Origin: Bacteroidales bacterium
Lineage (GTDB): Bacteria > Bacteroidota > Bacteroidia > Bacteroidales > WCHB1-69
Length of the DNA stretch: 64,000 nucleotides
NCBI GenBank assembly: GCA_016290295.1
Contig: JAEETJ010000003.1
Location: 127,048 to 191,047 of the forward strand
Reading direction: 5' to 3'
In this document: positions 62,501 through 64,000 of the stretch, piece by piece
Layout of the letters: every line of letters starts with the position of its first letter
How positions within the stretch are numbered: the stretch's first letter is position 1
The notes under the pieces: generated by a model
Databases searched by the model: none
Told to the model about the DNA's origin: nothing
What the model saw: only the letters and a program-made list of their open reading frames with translations
Program-made: the position numbers and the translations under genes

Positions 62501-64000
62501 CGTGGTAATGATACTATCACTGGATCGATAGTTTCGAAGAAGACCTATTCTTTGCCAGCTGATGCAGTAGTTGATGGAGAGTTCTTGCATACCTATACTA
62601 TTTTATGCCAGAATACACAAACACCTCGTATTACCAAGTGGTTCTATGAGAATGCCGCTACAGGTGAAGTGACCACAGTACAGACGAATCCCTATAACTT
62701 CACAACTCCTGTTTTGTATGACACGGCTGTGTATTATATTAGTGGTCTTACTCCTGGAACTTCATGTACTACTCGTAACATGAGATACCAAATCAATGTG
62801 GCTACACCAATGTACGATCTCAGTACAAATGAGCTGGTGGCTCCTGTATCCTATCAGTGTGGTATTACTAATGCTAATCTGAAGGTGAATGTGTCTAACA
62901 CTTGGCCAACTTCAAACACCATTCCTGCAAATACATTCAAACTGAAAGCCAACTTTACAGGTTCTTCCACTTTGAACTCTGAACATACCATTAGTCAGCC
63001 GGTAACTACAGATGCAAGTGTGGATGTTATGTTTGGCAATGCAATGACTTTGGGTTCAGCCACACAAAATAATATATACAATTATACTATATATTCTACC
63101 CCGGTGAATACTGGCATGTATGTGTATCGGAATAATGATACCATCAGTGGAACCTTGTATGTGCCCGCAACCCCTGCAACCCCCGCTAACATAAACGCAA
63201 ATGCACCTTACGGCGGAACAGCCACGATTACCCCTACGGCGGATAGCTTCAACCAATTCTACTTCTATGATCAGCCGACAGGTGGAACTGCCTTGGCACA
63301 GGGTATGTCTTTCACGACTCCTCCAATTGTGGCTGACCCCACGCACTTCTATTACAGTGGTAGAATAATGGATTCGCAGAACTTCTATGCCAGCACGACA
63401 GTTGGTACAGGTACTGTCAACAATAATTCCAAACCTTTCGATTTCACGAAAGAGCATTCAGTGGGTATTATCATGTACACCAAGGATGAACTGGAATTCT
63501 CCGCAGGTATTATTGATACGGTATTCTTCTATGTCCATACGGTGGGCAATGGTAATATTCCGATGAAGCTGTACCTGAAGAATGACTCCTCATTTGTTCA
63601 AACGGCAAGTGGTGTCGAATATCCCAACTTGACTCCGGCATTAATGAATACTGTTTATCAGAATAAATGGAACAACGCCCTCAATAATGCAGTTCTGATT
63701 GCGGAGAATTTGGAATTTAACCAGACGGGTTGGTATGCTATTGCTATTCCTGGTGGTTTCCATTATACAGGAAAAAGCCTGTTGCTGTTGACCGAACACA
63801 ATGGCAAGAACACGATACTGGGTTATACCGCTCCGGTCTTCCGTTCAACAACAGTGCCTAATGTGCCGAACTCAACCTACAACAAGAGAGTGCTTTCATA
63901 CGCTACAGACAATGCTTTCAATCCGACAACCTCTGTAACCTATACTCAGGCAACAGGCAGATTCAATACCAAGTTCAGCATTGGTTATACTTGCGAGTCT
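56534..64000 (+). CDS. giant secreted multidomain surface protein, 3'-truncated by the window edge (over 2,480 codons visible)
   Basis: Hand translation from ATG 56534 met no stop up to 64000. It is absent from the ORF track because no stop is reached. Signal peptide MKKLLFSLLVLVMPFMLSAQ; MAM/choice-of-anchor-J-like modules (FYENFDG..., YYEEVFS...WRFE); parallel beta-helix repeats at ~58135..59110; several CARDB-like modules. Confidence 0.85.
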   Translation, partial: MKKLLFSLLVLVMPFMLSAQLMDTAVVFYENFDGDVVKMTSTVNQAQNVPHWTVVSNLYETSPSSYHVTLLPSVGNLACWTRAVAVDRTYPYVYLQFDHICKVNNNDRCYISYQWESNITPQGDIEFGQWITLNSFTATSPYYHGHAESITEGNICQNWYSVWAPNNNTAAPNNTWWKTELFDMTQFLVGQSNQYFRIRFYTTHQSGTGSGTEVCAGWYLDNLKVIYSNVELVPPEINITQTQYVNNNGQSQNRIFSGTINDFTGPFVVNATLTDNDAIDTSTVRFWYTTSNGDSDTLPNNMQYFQLGYGQVAYNWTIPMQCYGTTITYHIYAKDVHGSSCYETRTFSLNTTQSLMVNDAKMEPGSFQLPVYPDRMTTGQTYPVKVVFRNKGLATETNPNHMTSATFGWSVNGVVKPNATWTGDLCLDYTDTIVVGNHIALRDSNYIKVWLVSRNGVTNLDRRTDDTIKYDGYGCDSALSGTYTLGGPGADFPTVKYMKERFYRCGFDGPVTINMNAGTYTGFDFDDQYPGLDSNNTITFQAAPGVSRSAVIITNDGNNPPVKFTEMAYVTIRNVTIRNTNVGRCVDFTGRYSHDITIDNCYIQGTNSTATPYYNSSAIGRITAPPTTAGGLGDYNLTFTNNTINNTNFGVYFTGATSNNVTLKANNFVVSGNTINATVTGINAIHSRLWTIDGNRINQQATASDMNFVGIAIQNGADFRSVSANSIKMNERGGTGISMVTYANSNGVTSMMTMANNEIINKATVTARYNIMIQNTKQVNIYHNSSYIYSLVDVAQSAPIYITGASSSTNTINVYNNIFYNASTSAENKNYAIYLNYTTATALANTIKLNNNEYYTVGNSLGWFVAPRNTFAEWQGALASRGEDVTSVNLPLDFVSTTDSLMPVAFEGLECEPVTGVTTDIRGAQRYNFITYMGCYTRAIPATDLAITALTSPVLGNECPSTQYPIKVMVKNTGSANLNFATKPTTIYYTIGTTTGSMTVTSGTITPLQSQEVTVVPNFPVNINTVYNYMFVIHVNGDNNTMNDTLTGSFEIQAAFPYYEEVFSTNDLYPSWRFEQINGAGNWRVELGAGTNPSISPNYGLGRLFFNSKQFANNTESRAIMPVTILQGATTPILEYWFAHDNTGSSNTEGVTVKISTDGGTTYTTVNSVNTAGATSTLVKRYNTAYSTPDWEKYMVDLAPYSNQSCIYIAFDAKSNAKNNINIDRVVVRNFYNTDIAVNDIWALGVNPTQHAVSPKISVNISNEGRNQQNNFPLMLEITGANTYRDTITVPALASRSNMVVSFDGVHLNNPGDNVVRVYCQNDQNNDNNEHTWQMTTVPAEVGYANDSIVGGQHRTYSSLSTGGTDQIAYVNKYTMVDTLIATHVKAFITNTANNSNVGRHFRFIVADASGNVIESSDEMTVTAAMENQWVTGEINNFALTSTNGPLYVGIEMMDGGTYLGVQEEAPLRDTTYYTLVNGTYTPSTVGRQMVNAVLESHMKHELALLSLVHPLTNCDLGHEHIVVKMVNNGSVDLLPGTPIHYSINGGTPVNATITNTIASHETVNYTFATPYDFTNNQVNVDVPYTITVWVDVLAADRVRFNDTLSTSIESYGKSPMPTVNSPVHANYHETATLTATDATTGNAHFWYTNTGYESWQLQYVGDPFVTPAVYYDTTYYVASAPADFYTPQVGTLTASTTANNITQPFVYTNGFSRGKLLYKADELNANGKLMQISLYVTNAAGGDQGIPMRLYAMNTDLTSLSATPVNTWDAEIAEATLIYDGNYLFDNTGWVSFNLPVPMEYTGGNLLILTETYCGGANCSTATGSTTYPKFNSAAATNCVLYKGVNNSEAAYSGNYSTYAKRLVMKFQFVDAECQSEKVPVQVIADNIPIYDVEPVALDTPLTNTCTLMDEHIKVSVRNLINNTIPANTVEIVAKFNNTTVSHIVDEPFAPNEVKQVTFTNTIDLSAPTADVTYNYVIVTNLIGTPAYRGNDTITGSIVSKKTYSLPADAVVDGEFLHTYTILCQNTQTPRITKWFYENAATGEVTTVQTNPYNFTTPVLYDTAVYYISGLTPGTSCTTRNMRYQINVATPMYDLSTNELVAPVSYQCGITNANLKVNVSNTWPTSNTIPANTFKLKANFTGSSTLNSEHTISQPVTTDASVDVMFGNAMTLGSATQNNIYNYTIYSTPVNTGMYVYRNNDTISGTLYVPATPATPANINANAPYGGTATITPTADSFNQFYFYDQPTGGTALAQGMSFTTPPIVADPTHFYYSGRIMDSQNFYASTTVGTGTVNNNSKPFDFTKEHSVGIIMYTKDELEFSAGIIDTVFFYVHTVGNGNIPMKLYLKNDSSFVQTASGVEYPNLTPALMNTVYQNKWNNALNNAVLIAENLEFNQTGWYAIAIPGGFHYTGKSLLLLTEHNGKNTILGYTAPVFRSTTVPNVPNSTYNKRVLSYATDNAFNPTTSVTYTQATGRFNTKFSIGYTCES

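Noticed and set aside
56699-63457. About 17 minus-strand ORFs of 61-196 aa listed in the track for this interval
   Set aside because: All lie antisense to one continuous plus-strand reading frame with a signal peptide and repeated extracellular modules. None has a TAnnTTTG box or a recognisable motif.

Overview
64-kb chromosomal window that looks like a Bacteroidota genome (Bacteroidales, Prevotella-like). Support: 22 transcription units are preceded by the Bacteroidetes -7 promoter box TAnnTTTG, Shine-Dalgarno sequences are absent, and the content includes a FISUMP-domain protein and a giant beta-helix surface protein. I call about 45 protein genes and one tRNA-Arg(ACG). Housekeeping genes: prfB (classical +1 programmed frameshift, which is why the ORF track shows only 260 aa), recX, RNase G, HU, deoC, AI-2E transporter, TamB-like protein, tsaD, GH13 branching enzyme, rubrerythrin, lplA, gcvT, a CDA-fold deaminase, fumC, a fused NfnA/NfnB (GltD-like) oxidoreductase, an ABC-F ATPase, rpsP and rimM. 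Accessory content comes in three blocks. (1) An AT-rich left-end island with a PD-(D/E)XK nuclease operon and an orphan AAA+ ATPase. (2) A ~12.6-kb segment bracketed by two serpin-like lipoprotein paralogues; it holds the FISUMP protein, a class II Fic, an S41 peptidase, YjbR, a DUF4160/DUF2442 pair, an EFR1-type ferredoxin, a CreD operon and secreted unknowns. (3) A surface-protein gene of more than 2,480 codons that runs off the right edge and is absent from the ORF track. The most unusual signal is non-coding. About ten intergenic spacers are built from phase-locked, degenerate 7-nt tandem words (8-nt at two loci) that mutate stepwise along the array. The longest has 25 heptamers (175 nt) in one register, and several run from a stop codon to the next start codon. 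Also present: GC-rich tri/tetraloop hairpin clusters, a G-tract/hairpin array upstream of prfB, a two-copy three-way-junction repeat, and a ~0.5-kb GC-rich island with 19-bp perfect inverted repeats. I recognised no rRNA, CRISPR array, transposase or integrase.
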